NCBI GenBank assembly: GCA_963823035.1
Contig: CAWGKG010000018.1
Location: forward strand, 96,001 to 160,000
Length of the DNA: 64,000 nt
From: an uncultured Gemmatimonadales bacterium
GTDB taxonomy: Bacteria > Gemmatimonadota > Gemmatimonadetes > Longimicrobiales > Gaopeijiaceae
Reading direction: 5' to 3'
In this document: in pieces, positions 20,892-30,811 of the stretch
How positions within the stretch are numbered: position 1 is the first letter of the stretch
How the letters are laid out: every line of letters starts with the position of its first letter
Notes under the pieces: model-generated
What the model was told of the DNA's origin: nothing
Databases searched by the model: none
Seen by the model: only the letters and a program-made list of their open reading frames with translations
Translations under genes and position numbers: made by a program

Positions 20892-21950
20892 ATGCGACCC
20901 GCGTCGCTCCTCATCGCCCTCCCGATCGCCCTCGCGACGGTGACCTTGCAGGCCTGTTCGCCGCCGTCCGACCGCGCCCCCGACCCCGACGACCTTGCCC
21001 TCCGGGGCACGAAGCCCTACGAGCCGCTCCCCAAGGTGTCCTTCACCCTGACCGACACCGAGGGGCAGCCGTACGACTTCCGCGCCCGTACGGACGGGCA
21101 CATCACCCTCCTCTTCTTCGGCTACACATACTGCCCCGACGTCTGCCCGGTGCACATGGCCACCCTGGCCTCGGCCATGCGGGAGCTCGATCCGGCGGTG
21201 CGCCACGGCATCCGCGTCGTCTTCGTGTCCGTGGACCCGGAGCGCGACACGCGGGAGCGGCTCCGGAAGTGGCTCTCGTCGTTCGACACGTCGTTCGTGG
21301 GGCTTCGGGGCACCGAGGCGGAGGTGGCGGAGGCCCTCGCGTTCTACCGCTATCCGCCTCCGGAGAAGAGCGGCGAGGAGGAGGGCTACACGGTCGGCCA
21401 TCCGGCCTTCGTCTACGCCTTCACGCCGGACAACCGGGGGCGGGCGCTGTACGGGGTGGAGACCACCCGCGCCATCTGGATCCACGACCTGAACGTCATG
21501 GCTGACCACGCCTGGCACGACCCGGTGAGCGTGGCGGCCGACAGCGGCGCGGCGCGCCCGCTCGGCACCGCCGGGCACGTGCGCATCCTCGACGCCTACG
21601 TCCCGCGCCCCGCGGCCGGCGACGTCACCGCCGTCTACCTGACGCTGCGCAACGACGGCACCGAGCCCGACACCCTCGTGGCCGTCGCCTCGGACGCCTC
21701 GGCGCGCGGGAGCCTGCACGACATGGAGCAGGTGGACGGCCAGATGCGGATGGTCCCCATGAAGGGCGGTCTGGTGATTCAGCCCGGGGCGACCGTGACC
21801 CTTGCCCCGGGTGGGCGCCACGGGATGCTCGAGGGATTGAGCCGGGAGCTGGAGCCCGGGACCACGTTGAACGTGATCCTCCGCTTCGCCCGCGGTGGCA
21901 CCCTGGCCGTTCCGGCTCGCGTGGTGCGCTACGAGGACATCGTGCGGTGA
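20892..21950 (+). CDS. SCO1/SenC - PCu(A)C copper chaperone fusion lipoprotein
   Basis: LQAC lipobox, FGYTYCPDVCP plus conserved His (VGHP), and C-terminal PCuAC-type LHDM...MRM...PGGRHGML. Confidence 0.88.
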   Translation: MRPASLLIALPIALATVTLQACSPPSDRAPDPDDLALRGTKPYEPLPKVSFTLTDTEGQPYDFRARTDGHITLLFFGYTYCPDVCPVHMATLASAMRELDPAVRHGIRVVFVSVDPERDTRERLRKWLSSFDTSFVGLRGTEAEVAEALAFYRYPPPEKSGEEEGYTVGHPAFVYAFTPDNRGRALYGVETTRAIWIHDLNVMADHAWHDPVSVAADSGAARPLGTAGHVRILDAYVPRPAAGDVTAVYLTLRNDGTEPDTLVAVASDASARGSLHDMEQVDGQMRMVPMKGGLVIQPGATVTLAPGGRHGMLEGLSRELEPGTTLNVILRFARGGTLAVPARVVRYEDIVR

Positions 21951-21965
21951 CGAACGGCCACCCTA

Positions 21966-21994
21966 TTGATCCGGAGCGCAGGGCTTTCTAGGTT
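21966..21994 (+). promoter_or_regulatory. Sigma-70-like promoter of rpsT
   Basis: TTGATC-N17-TAGGTT. Confidence 0.5.
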
Positions 21995-22042
21995 TGTTGG
22001 CTCGATACATCGGTAACTGGCCCCAGCGCGCCCGAGACACGA

Positions 22043-22300
22043 ATGCCGAACATCAAGAGCGCCAAGAAGCGCATGGAGTCGAGCCGCACGGCTCGGTCTA
22101 AGAACCGGGCGGAGCGCTCGCGCATCCGCACCGCCATCAAGCGCGTGCGCGCCGCAACCGAGGCCGAGGACGCCCAGGCTCGCCTGGTCGCAGCCCAGGC
22201 CGTGCTGGATCGCGCCGCGAATCGCCGCCTGATCCACCCCAACGCGGTGGCCCGGTTGAAGGGACAGCTCCAGCGCCACGTGAACGCGCTCCAGGGCTAG
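22043..22300 (+). CDS. rpsT: 30S ribosomal protein S20
   Basis: MPNIKSAKKR...IHPNAVARLK. Confidence 0.97.
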   Translation: MPNIKSAKKRMESSRTARSKNRAERSRIRTAIKRVRAATEAEDAQARLVAAQAVLDRAANRRLIHPNAVARLKGQLQRHVNALQG

Positions 22301-22323
22301 AGCAAGCGGCCCTCCCGCCGCGA

Positions 22324-22359
22324 GGACCCGGCCGGCATCCGCCCGCCGGGTCCTTTTTC
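22324..22359 (+). terminator. Rho-independent terminator after rpsT
   Basis: GGACCCGG...CCGGGTCC stem followed by TTTTT. Confidence 0.75.
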
Positions 22360-22393
22360 TTTCCCTCCTGCCCCGGCTCGCCTCCGGCGTCGC

Positions 22394-23677
22394 TCAGCCG
22401 TCGAAGACGACCCTTCCGCCCACGATCGTGTGCCGGGGCCGCCCCGAGAGCGTCCAACCCGCGAAGGGCGTGTTCCTGCTCTTCGACAGGAAGCGCGTCG
22501 GGTCGACGGTCCACTCGGCCGCCGGATCGAAGACGGTCACGTCGGCGACCGACCCCTCGGCCAGCGTTCCGCCGTCCAGCCCGAACGCCCGTGCCGGCTG
22601 GCAGCTCATCCGCTCGACCATGGTGGGCAGGTCGATGACGCCCTTCCCCACCACGTGCGTCAGGATCAGCCCGAGCGCGGTCTCCAATCCGACGATCCCG
22701 TTGGGCGCGTCCGTGAAGGCCGCCTCCTTCTCGTCGTAGTGGTGCGGCGCGTGGTCGGTGGCGATCACGTCGAGCGTCCCGTCCGCGAGCCCGGCACGCA
22801 CGGCCTCCACGTCGTCCAGCGTACGCAGCGGCGGGTTCATCTTCGCCTCGGTCCGGTAGCCCTCCACCGCGCTTTCGTCGAGGATCAGGTGGTGCGGGCT
22901 GGCCTCCGCGGTCACACGCACCCCGCGGGCCTTCGCCTGGCGGATGCTCTCCACGCCGAAGCGGGTGGACACGTGCTGCAGATGGATGCGGCCGCCCGTG
23001 AGCTCCGCCAGGAGCAGGTCGCGCACGATGTGGATGTCCTCGGCCGCGTTGGGCTTGCCGGGGAGACCCAGGCGGGTCGCCACCAGGCCGGCGTTCATGT
23101 GGCCACGGGCCGACAGCGTGAGGTCCTCGGGGTGGTCGGCCACCGGGATGTCGAACGCCTGCGCGTAGAGCAGCGCGAGGCGCATGAGGCCCGAGTCCAT
23201 GACCGGGCTGCCGTCGTCGGTGATCGCGACCGCTCCGGCCTCCACCATCTCGCCGATGAGCGCGAGCCGCTCGCCCTTCCGCCCGGCCGAGATGCACCCG
23301 ACCGGGTAGACGCGGGCGGCCCCGGCCCGACGCCCCTCCGCGAGGACGAAGCCCACCGTGGCGGGGTCGTCGATCGGCGGGTCGGTGTTCGGCATCGCAC
23401 ACACGGTCGTGAAGCCACCGGCGGCCGCTGCGCGCGCGCCCGAGGCGATCGTCTCCTTGTGCTCGCCCCCCGGCTCCCGCAGGTGGACGTGCACGTCGAT
23501 GAGGCCCGGCGTCACCACGAGGCCCGCGCAGTCGATCACGCGCGTGTCCGGAGAGACGTCGACCGTCTCCCCCACCGCCGCGACGCGTCCGGCCTGGAGG
23601 AGGACGTCGCGCACGGCGTCCAGCTTCTGCGACGGGTCGACGACCCGACCGCCCCGGAGGAGGATGCGCGCGCTCAT
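22394..23677 (-). CDS. pyrC: Dihydroorotase
   Basis: [21 protein letters not shown] and ATDHAPH motifs. Confidence 0.96.
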   Translation of the reverse strand: MSARILLRGGRVVDPSQKLDAVRDVLLQAGRVAAVGETVDVSPDTRVIDCAGLVVTPGLIDVHVHLREPGGEHKETIASGARAAAAGGFTTVCAMPNTDPPIDDPATVGFVLAEGRRAGAARVYPVGCISAGRKGERLALIGEMVEAGAVAITDDGSPVMDSGLMRLALLYAQAFDIPVADHPEDLTLSARGHMNAGLVATRLGLPGKPNAAEDIHIVRDLLLAELTGGRIHLQHVSTRFGVESIRQAKARGVRVTAEASPHHLILDESAVEGYRTEAKMNPPLRTLDDVEAVRAGLADGTLDVIATDHAPHHYDEKEAAFTDAPNGIVGLETALGLILTHVVGKGVIDLPTMVERMSCQPARAFGLDGGTLAEGSVADVTVFDPAAEWTVDPTRFLSKSRNTPFAGWTLSGRPRHTIVGGRVVFDG

Positions 23678-24645
23678 CCCTCTCCTCCCTGCTTCGCCGC
23701 TTCCGCCTTCTCGGGTTGTCCGCCCGCGAGGAGGTAGAGCACGGCCATGCGCACGGCCACGCCGTTCGTGACCTGGTTGAGGATCACGGAGTGCGGTCCG
23801 TCCGCCACGTCGGAGTCGATCTCCACGCCGCGGTTCATCGGTCCCGGGTGAAGGATCAGCAGGTCGCGGGGCGCAGCTTCCAGGCGCGCGTTGCTCACCC
23901 CCCAGATGCGGTTGTACTCCCGCAGCGAGGGAACGTAGCCAGCCTCCATCCGCTCGAGCTGCAGCCGGAGCACATTGAGCGCGTCCGCCCACTGGATCGC
24001 GTCCTCGACGCGCGTGAAGGTCTCCACGCCCAGCTCACGGAAACCTCTCGGCACCAGGGTCGGCGGTCCGCACAGCGCCACCTCCGCGCCGAGCTTCAGC
24101 AGCCCGTGGATGTTCGAGCGCGCGACCCGGGAGTGCAGGACGTCGCCCACGATGCAAACCTTCAGCCCCTCGATCCGCCCGAGGTGGTCACGGATCGTCA
24201 GCATGTCGAGCAGCCCCTGCGTAGGGTGCTCGTGCGCCCCGTCACCCGCGTTCACGACGTTGGAGGGGATCCGGTCGGCCAGGAAGCGGGCCGCTCCCGA
24301 GGCACCGTGCCGAATCACGACCATGTCGATGCGCATCGCCTCGAGGTTCCGCGCGGTGTCGACCAGCGTCTCCCCCTTCGCCACGGACGAGCCGGCCGCG
24401 GCGATGTTCACGGTATCCGCGGACAGGCGCTTCTCCGCGAACTCGAAGGAGACCCGGGTACGGGTCGAGGCCTCGAAGAAGAGGTTGACGATCGTCTTGC
24501 CCCGCAGCACCGGCACCTTCTTGATACGCCGTTCGGAGATCTCCTTGAACGGCTCCGCGGTGTCGAGGATGGCGAGGATCTGCTGCCGGGAGAGGGGTTC
24601 GAGGCCGACGAGGTCTTTGCCGAGGGCAGACGTCGCCTGGTTCAC
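23674..24645 (-). CDS. pyrB: Aspartate carbamoyltransferase catalytic subunit
   Basis: [20 protein letters not shown] and HPGPMNRG motifs. Confidence 0.97.
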   Translation of the reverse strand: MNQATSALGKDLVGLEPLSRQQILAILDTAEPFKEISERRIKKVPVLRGKTIVNLFFEASTRTRVSFEFAEKRLSADTVNIAAAGSSVAKGETLVDTARNLEAMRIDMVVIRHGASGAARFLADRIPSNVVNAGDGAHEHPTQGLLDMLTIRDHLGRIEGLKVCIVGDVLHSRVARSNIHGLLKLGAEVALCGPPTLVPRGFRELGVETFTRVEDAIQWADALNVLRLQLERMEAGYVPSLREYNRIWGVSNARLEAAPRDLLILHPGPMNRGVEIDSDVADGPHSVILNQVTNGVAVRMAVLYLLAGGQPEKAEAAKQGGEG

Positions 24646-24651
24646 GGGCTG

Positions 24652-25209
24652 CTACGCCTCCGGATGGGTATGGACGATGTCCACGCCGAGGCGCCCGTCG
24701 AGCTCGGGCACGAGCACCTCGACGCTCTGATGCTCCTCCAGCACCTCCACGTGCCGACCCACGATGTCCGGCTGGATCGGCAGCTCGCGTCCGCCCCGGT
24801 CCACCAGCACGCACAGGAGGATGCGGCTCGGTCGGCCCCAGTCCATCAGCTCGTTGAGCGCCGCGCGCGCCGTGCGCCCGGTGAACTGGACGTCGTCCAC
24901 GAGAACGATGGCCTGGTCGTCGATGCCGTTCGGAGGCAGCTCCGAGGCACCGATGATCGGGCGCGGCCCGATGGCCTCGAGGTCGTCGCGGTAGAGCGAG
25001 ATGTCGATCGACCCGGTGGGAACCGACACGCCCTCCGCTCCCTCGATCTCGTCACGCAGCAGCCCCGCGATCTGGACGCCTCGGCGGTGGATCCCCATGA
25101 GCGCGAGGTGGTCCGTGCCCCCGAGCCGCTCGACGATCTCGCGTGCCATGCGGGCGACGACCCGGCGCACGGCGGCTTCGTCCATGAGGGGGATTCGTTC
25201 GGCGCTCAT
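24652..25209 (-). CDS. pyrR: Pyrimidine operon regulator / UPRT-like PyrR
   Basis: IDISLYRDD, LVDDVQFTGRT and DRGGRELPIQPD motifs; upstream of pyrB. Confidence 0.93.
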   Translation of the reverse strand: MSAERIPLMDEAAVRRVVARMAREIVERLGGTDHLALMGIHRRGVQIAGLLRDEIEGAEGVSVPTGSIDISLYRDDLEAIGPRPIIGASELPPNGIDDQAIVLVDDVQFTGRTARAALNELMDWGRPSRILLCVLVDRGGRELPIQPDIVGRHVEVLEEHQSVEVLVPELDGRLGVDIVHTHPEA

Positions 25210-25365
25210 GCGGGGCTGGCGGGGGAAGACGCGTCCGGCGGCCCGAACGTAGCGGCGCCCCCGAGCGCGGTCAACGACCTTCGAGAGGGTTGTCACGGAT
25301 GCGCGCCGCGCCCCATCATGAGCGGTCTTTCCCACACTTCAGGCCCCCTCAGGAGCCCTGCCCCG

Positions 25366-27300
25366 ATGCGCGTTCGCCGCCTCGCGACCCCCCTCCTCGC
25401 GCTCCTGGCCCTCCCCTTGGGAGCCCACGCGCAGGAGCTGCAGAAGGCCCCGAAGGTCGTACTCGACGGGGTCCCCTTCCAGCTTTCGGTGAGCGCACGG
25501 CTGGAGCCGATCCGCATCGAGGTGCACGACGCGCGCGGAGCCCTGCTGGGCAGCGCCACGGCGGAGCCGCTGGGCACGGCGGCCGCGAACGACCTCCGGG
25601 TGACCGAGCGCGCGCAGCTTCCCCTCGTGGTGCGCGTCGTGGGCGGGCCGACCTTCACGGTGGCCCCGACGTTCACGCCCGGTTGGTTCTCCCTGGTGCC
25701 GCCCTTCCTCGCGATCGTGCTCGCCCTGGTCTTCCGCGAGGTGGTGACCGCACTCTTCGCCGGCGTGTGGCTGGGTGCGCTCGCGGTTGCGGGCTTCAAC
25801 CCGATCACCGGGACATGGCGGCTCATCGACACCTTCGTCGTCCCGGCGCTCGGCGACACCGCGGGAGGTCACACGCAGGTCGTGGTCTTCTCCCTCCTGC
25901 TCGGAGGGATGGTCGGGATCATCGCGCGCAACGGCGGCACCATGGGCATCGTGGAGGCGGTCGCGCCCTTCGCCAGCTCCGCGCGGCGTGGGAAGTTCGC
26001 GACCTGGGCGGCGGGGATGGCGATCTTCTTCGACGATTACGCCAACACGCTCATCGTCGGCAACACGATGCGCCCCATCACCGACCGACTGAAGGTCTCG
26101 CGCGAGAAGCTGGCCTATCTCGTCGACTCGACCGCGGCGCCCGTCGCCGCGCTCATCCCCATCTCGACCTGGGTGGGCTACGAGATCAGCCTCATCGCGG
26201 ACGGGCTGCGCATCGCGGCCGAGCAGAGCCCGCAGCATGCCGCCGCGCTCGCGGCATCCAGCCCGTTCGCGATCTTCGTCGAGACGATCCCGTACCGCTT
26301 CTACCCCCTGCTCGCGCTGTTCTTCGCGCTTCTGACGTCGGTCATGGACCGCGACCTGGGACCCATGGCGACCGCCGAGCACCGGGCCGCGACGGGCGGG
26401 GGCTTGTACCGCCCCGGGGCGCAGCTGGCCACGGACACGTCCACACACATCATGGACCCGAAGGAGGGCGCGCGGCACCGCTGGTGGAACGCGGCCCTGC
26501 CCGTCCTGACCGTCATCTTCGTCGTGCTCGTGGGTCTCTACACCACGGGTCGGGCGGCCGCGGGGCCGGACGCCGTCCTGCGCGACGTCTTCGGGGCCGC
26601 GGACCCGTTCGCCACCCTGCTGTGGGGGTCGCTGGCCGGGTGCCTCATCGCGATCCTCATCTCGGTGGGACAGCGCATCTTGAGCGTCACGGAGTGCATC
26701 GACGCCTGGCTCGGGGGGATGCGCGCCATGATCATCGCCATGGTCATCCTCGTGCTCGCGTGGTCGCTCGGCTCCGTGACCCAGGAGATCGGCACGGCCC
26801 AGTACCTCACGCAGGTGCTCTCCGATCACGTGGCGCTCCGGCTCCTTCCCGTGCTCGTCTTCCTGACGTCCGCCGCGATGTCGTTCGCCACGGGCACCTC
26901 GTGGGGGACGATGGCCATCCTGCTCCCTCTGGTGATCCCCCTCACCGTGGCGCTCGGCGGGGACGCCGGCTTCGAGGGCGGAGCCCACTACACCGTCCTC
27001 CTCGGGGTCATCAGCTCCGTCCTGGCCGGCTCGATCTTCGGTGACCACTGCTCTCCGATCTCCGACACCACCGTGCTGTCCTCCACGGCGTCGGGGTGCG
27101 ACCACGTGGATCACGTGCGCACGCAGCTCCCCTACGCCCTGCTGGTGGGGGTGGTGGGGATGCTCGTGGGCGACATACCGACGGCCTACGGGCTGCCGAA
27201 CTGGGTGTCCCTCGTGCTCGGGTGCGTCGCGCTCTGGCTCATCCTGCGGATCTTCGGCAGGAAGGTGCAGGACGGGGACCCCGCCCCGATCCGACCGTGA
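25366..27300 (+). CDS. Na+/H+ antiporter NhaC family protein with N-terminal periplasmic extension
   Basis: FFDDYAN, SREKLAYLVDSTAAP, ATGTSWGT and GDHCSPISDTT motifs; signal peptide. Confidence 0.92.
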   Translation: MRVRRLATPLLALLALPLGAHAQELQKAPKVVLDGVPFQLSVSARLEPIRIEVHDARGALLGSATAEPLGTAAANDLRVTERAQLPLVVRVVGGPTFTVAPTFTPGWFSLVPPFLAIVLALVFREVVTALFAGVWLGALAVAGFNPITGTWRLIDTFVVPALGDTAGGHTQVVVFSLLLGGMVGIIARNGGTMGIVEAVAPFASSARRGKFATWAAGMAIFFDDYANTLIVGNTMRPITDRLKVSREKLAYLVDSTAAPVAALIPISTWVGYEISLIADGLRIAAEQSPQHAAALAASSPFAIFVETIPYRFYPLLALFFALLTSVMDRDLGPMATAEHRAATGGGLYRPGAQLATDTSTHIMDPKEGARHRWWNAALPVLTVIFVVLVGLYTTGRAAAGPDAVLRDVFGAADPFATLLWGSLAGCLIAILISVGQRILSVTECIDAWLGGMRAMIIAMVILVLAWSLGSVTQEIGTAQYLTQVLSDHVALRLLPVLVFLTSAAMSFATGTSWGTMAILLPLVIPLTVALGGDAGFEGGAHYTVLLGVISSVLAGSIFGDHCSPISDTTVLSSTASGCDHVDHVRTQLPYALLVGVVGMLVGDIPTAYGLPNWVSLVLGCVALWLILRIFGRKVQDGDPAPIRP

Positions 27301-28163
27301 TCTCCGCGCTGAAAGCCCTCCACCGCCGGCTGGAACGCGCGCCCGCCGCGCTCCCCGGCTCCTTCGCCGCCGTGCTGATCGCGACGGTCGGAGCGGTCGA
27401 CCTGCTGACCGGACGGGAGCTGTCGGCGTCGGTCTTCTACGTGCTTCCCGTGGGCCTCGCCGCCTGGTACGCGGGGGCGGCGTGGGGCCTCGGTACGTGC
27501 CTCCTCGCCGCGGTCACCTGGTACGGCGCGGACGCGGCCGCGGGCGCGGGCGCCACCTACTCGGCGGCGTGGATCCCGTTCTGGAACGCCGGCGTGCGCC
27601 TCGCCTTCTTCGTCATCATCGCCGACCTGACCCGCCGCCTGCACGAGGCGCTCGACGCGCAGCGTTGGGCCGCGGAGACCGACGAGCTGACCGGCCTGGT
27701 CAACGCGCGCCGCTTCCAGTCGGCACTCGACGCGGAGGTCCGGCGCGCGCTCCGCTACGGGCGCCCGATCACCCTGGCCTACGTGGACCTGGACGGCTTC
27801 AAGGGCGTCAACGATCGGTGGGGCCACGCGGCCGGGGACCGGGTGCTCGCGCGCGTCGGCGGCCTGCTGCGCTCGCACCTGCGGATGTCGGACCTGGCGG
27901 GTCGGCTCGGGGGCGACGAGTTCGCCATCCTCCTCCCCGAGACCGACGGCGACCAGGCGCGCGACGCCCTCGGCAACCTGCGCACCTTTCTCGAGCGGGC
28001 CATGCGCGAGGGCTCGTGGCCGGTAGGCTTCAGTATCGGTGTGGTCAGCTCGAGCGGGGAGATCCCGACCGCACAGGAGCTCCTGAGCACTGCGGACGGC
28101 CTCATGTACGAGGTGAAGCATGCCGGGAAGGGCGCCACGCGGTTCCTGGCCGCCGGATCCTGA
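27297..28163 (+). CDS. Membrane-anchored diguanylate cyclase
   Basis: N-terminal TM helices, DELTGL, DLDGFKGVND and RLGGDEF motifs. Confidence 0.93.
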   Translation: MISALKALHRRLERAPAALPGSFAAVLIATVGAVDLLTGRELSASVFYVLPVGLAAWYAGAAWGLGTCLLAAVTWYGADAAAGAGATYSAAWIPFWNAGVRLAFFVIIADLTRRLHEALDAQRWAAETDELTGLVNARRFQSALDAEVRRALRYGRPITLAYVDLDGFKGVNDRWGHAAGDRVLARVGGLLRSHLRMSDLAGRLGGDEFAILLPETDGDQARDALGNLRTFLERAMREGSWPVGFSIGVVSSSGEIPTAQELLSTADGLMYEVKHAGKGATRFLAAGS

Positions 28164-28180
28164 CGCCGTTCGGCTTCGCC

Positions 28181-29515
28181 TCAGCGCCCGAAGCGCTCCC
28201 GCCCGAGGCGTACCAGGAACCGCACGCCACCCTCCACGGGCGCCTCCCGCGCGGCCCAGTCGTACGAGAAGAGGATGACGCCGCCGGCGCCCTGACGCCG
28301 CGCGATGTCGATCTTGTCGATCGTCCCCTGGTAGCCGTTCACCCATGCCCCGATGCCGGCCCACAGCCGGTCGCGTCGGCCGGCCGCCGCGGACGCCTCG
28401 CGCACCTCGTCCGTGAAGCGGCCGTTCTCGGTGGTGTACGCCATCGGCGCCACCACGTCGACGATTCCGCGGTCCAGCCAGGTCGACCAGTCCTGGAAGC
28501 GGTTCCCGTAGGCGTCCTCCTCGTCCGCGAAGACCGCCGCGGACACCACCAGTCGTGGCCTACGCGCCTTGACGCGGTCGTGGACGCGGGCGACCAGCCC
28601 GGTGATCTGTGCGCGCCGGAATTCGTCCCACTGTTCGGGAAGGGCGTCCGCGTAGGCCAGGGGGTCACTCCGATACGCCTCGTCGAGGTCGGCCCGGCGC
28701 TCCGGCGCGATGCCGGAGGCCACCCAGGCGCGGAACCGGTCCAGCGCGCCGCGGGAGTAGTCGAAATCCGCGGAAGGGAAGCGGACGTAGTCGAAATGGA
28801 TCCCGTCCAGGTCGTAGCGCCCGGCCAGATCCATCCAGATATCGAGCACGTGCTTCTGCACCTCCGGATCGGACGGACTGGTGAAGAGGCCCTCGACGGT
28901 CGTCGCACGCTCCGACGCGTAGCGCAGGAGGGCGTCGGTGAAGCGTGGGTCGGCGGGGTCGACCGCGAAGAGCGTCCGTGCAAGCGACCGGGGCACGGCC
29001 AGCCACCCGGGGTGGGCGTTCACCAGGTGACGGGGGTTCTCGGGTCGGGCCCGCCCGCTCCACACGAGGTGCGTGTTCACCCAGGCGTGCACGGCCATTC
29101 CGCGAGCGTGCGCCTCCCGGATCGTCAGCGCGAGGGGATCGAATTGCGGCTCGCCCTCCAGCGCTGCGGCGCGCGGCTCCCACCGTGCGTCGTAGTACGC
29201 GTCCCCCCTCCCCCGCACCTGAACGAGCAGCGTGTTGAAGCCCCCCGCGGCGGCGTCGGCCACCATGGTGCGCACGAGCTCCGGGGTGGTCAGCGTGGTG
29301 CGCACCACCCAGAGCCCCCGCACCTCCGCGAAGCGTCGCACCGGGCCCGTGCCGGAGCGGTCGGGGACGGCCGGCACGGTAACGGGCTCGACGCCCGGCG
29401 TCGGCGTGGGCGCCGGAGGTGCGCCGGCGGGAGCGCCGACCACGGTGCAGCCCGACGCCAGCAGTAACGCCGCTACGAGGGTCACGAGCCCGCGGCGCGG
29501 ACGCGCGGGGCTCAC
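28181..29515 (-). CDS. Glycosyl hydrolase-like 10 (GHL10) lipoprotein
   Basis: EVRGLWV, QVRGRGDAYY, FDPLA, DGIHFDYVR and QDW...PMAY motifs; LASGC lipobox. Confidence 0.88.
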   Translation of the reverse strand: MSPARPRRGLVTLVAALLLASGCTVVGAPAGAPPAPTPTPGVEPVTVPAVPDRSGTGPVRRFAEVRGLWVVRTTLTTPELVRTMVADAAAGGFNTLLVQVRGRGDAYYDARWEPRAAALEGEPQFDPLALTIREAHARGMAVHAWVNTHLVWSGRARPENPRHLVNAHPGWLAVPRSLARTLFAVDPADPRFTDALLRYASERATTVEGLFTSPSDPEVQKHVLDIWMDLAGRYDLDGIHFDYVRFPSADFDYSRGALDRFRAWVASGIAPERRADLDEAYRSDPLAYADALPEQWDEFRRAQITGLVARVHDRVKARRPRLVVSAAVFADEEDAYGNRFQDWSTWLDRGIVDVVAPMAYTTENGRFTDEVREASAAAGRRDRLWAGIGAWVNGYQGTIDKIDIARRQGAGGVILFSYDWAAREAPVEGGVRFLVRLGRERFGR

Positions 29516-29995
29516 CGACGCTCCCTGAAGAACGCGCGCAGCAACTCTGCGGAGGCCTCGGCGAGCACGCCGGGGGTGACGGCGCACCGGTGGTTGAGGC
29601 GCGCGTCCTGGAGGAGGTTGCCGAGCGTCCCGGCCATCCCGGCCTTGGGGTCGGGCGCGCCGAACACCACGCGGGGGACGCGCGCGAGCACGATCGCGCC
29701 GGCGCACATCGCGCACGGCTCGAGCGTCACGTAGAGGGTGGTGCCCTCCAGGCGGAAGTCGCCCTGCGAAACCGCCGCCGCGCGTAGCGCGACCACCTCG
29801 GCGTGCGCCGTCGGATCCGCGTCGGACACCGTGCGGTTGTGGGCTTCCGAGAGGAACCCGCCATCGCGGACGAGCACGGCCCCGATCGGCACTTCGCCCC
29901 GCACGGCCGCCAGCGCGTGCCGACTCGAGGGCGCGCGCCATCCACAACCGATCTTCGGGGCCTTGCGGAGAGGCGTCGACCTCGGGGTGGGACAC
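29512..29995 (-). CDS. tadA: tRNA adenosine(34) deaminase (frameshift near 29,920)
   Basis: WMARAL / GEVPIGAV, AHAE and TLEPCAMCAGA motifs; the N-terminus is in a different frame. Confidence 0.9.
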
Positions 29996-30006
29996 AGCCC
30001 CGTGGA

Positions 30007-30717
30007 TCAGTGGTGCGTGAGGTTCAGCACGCCGGAGCTGCCGTCGAGGCGTCGATAGAAGGCCGCCACCTTGCCGACGATGTCCAGCCGCTCCGGGTGC
30101 TGAACGACGGTGGTCTCGCCCCCGGGGCGCAGCGCCTCCAGGTGCGTACCGTTGCCGTTGTGCGTCATCCGATAGAACCAGGAGCCCGGCTCGATGCGCA
30201 CGGCGACGATCGCGCCGTCGTCGAGCTCCGCCATCGTGGCCGGCTCCACGAGCACGAAGTCACCCTCGTGCACACCGAGGACGGCCAGGTCGTTCGCGCC
30301 CGCGCGGACGAAGAACGCACCCTTCTCGCCAGCCAGTCGGCGGTCGAGGGAGAGGTGGAGGTCGGCCTTGCGCTTCCGCCCGTCCGGCATCTCCGAAAAG
30401 CACGGCACGGAGATCGTCTGCGCGGAGAGGTCGACGCCGAGGATCTTCACGCCGCGCGAGCGGGACGGATCCCTCTCGAGGTAGCCCTTGTCGGCTAGCG
30501 CCTGGAGGTGCTCGGACACCGTCTTCGTGCTCTTGATGCCGAAGCGCTCGCCGATCTCGCGGATGGAAGGCTGGTAGGTGTTCGTGCGCAAATACTGGAC
30601 CATGAAGTCCAGGATCTTCCTCTCGATTTCGGTGAGGACCTGGCCCCTGGGGTCCGGTGCTTTCGTCCCGCCCGAGGCGGGGGAGTCACGGTGCGCAGTC
30701 GGTTCGGAACGTGGCAA
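30007..30717 (-). CDS. lexA: LexA-like repressor with degenerate peptidase domain
   Basis: LexA wHTH (LTEIERKILDF...PSIREIGERFGIKS...HLQALADKGYLER). The C-terminal S24-like domain lacks the AG site and the catalytic Ser/Lys. Confidence 0.75.
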   Translation of the reverse strand: MPRSEPTAHRDSPASGGTKAPDPRGQVLTEIERKILDFMVQYLRTNTYQPSIREIGERFGIKSTKTVSEHLQALADKGYLERDPSRSRGVKILGVDLSAQTISVPCFSEMPDGRKRKADLHLSLDRRLAGEKGAFFVRAGANDLAVLGVHEGDFVLVEPATMAELDDGAIVAVRIEPGSWFYRMTHNGNGTHLEALRPGGETTVVQHPERLDIVGKVAAFYRRLDGSSGVLNLTHH

Positions 30718-30769
30718 CGTCGCGCCTTTGGAAGAGCAGTGAATCCGCGTGGCCCCCAGGCCGGCCGCT

Positions 30770-30799
30770 ATCCTAATGTGCGCTTTGAACGGGTGTCAA
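30770..30799 (-). promoter_or_regulatory. Sigma-70-like promoter of the lexA-like gene
   Basis: Minus strand TTGACA-N18-TAGGAT. Confidence 0.6.
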
Positions 30800-30811
30800 G
30801 AAAGGGTTTCG

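Noticed and set aside
25210..25365. PyrR attenuator RNA upstream of pyrR
   Set aside because: No convincing PyrR-binding loop or U-tailed terminator is visible.
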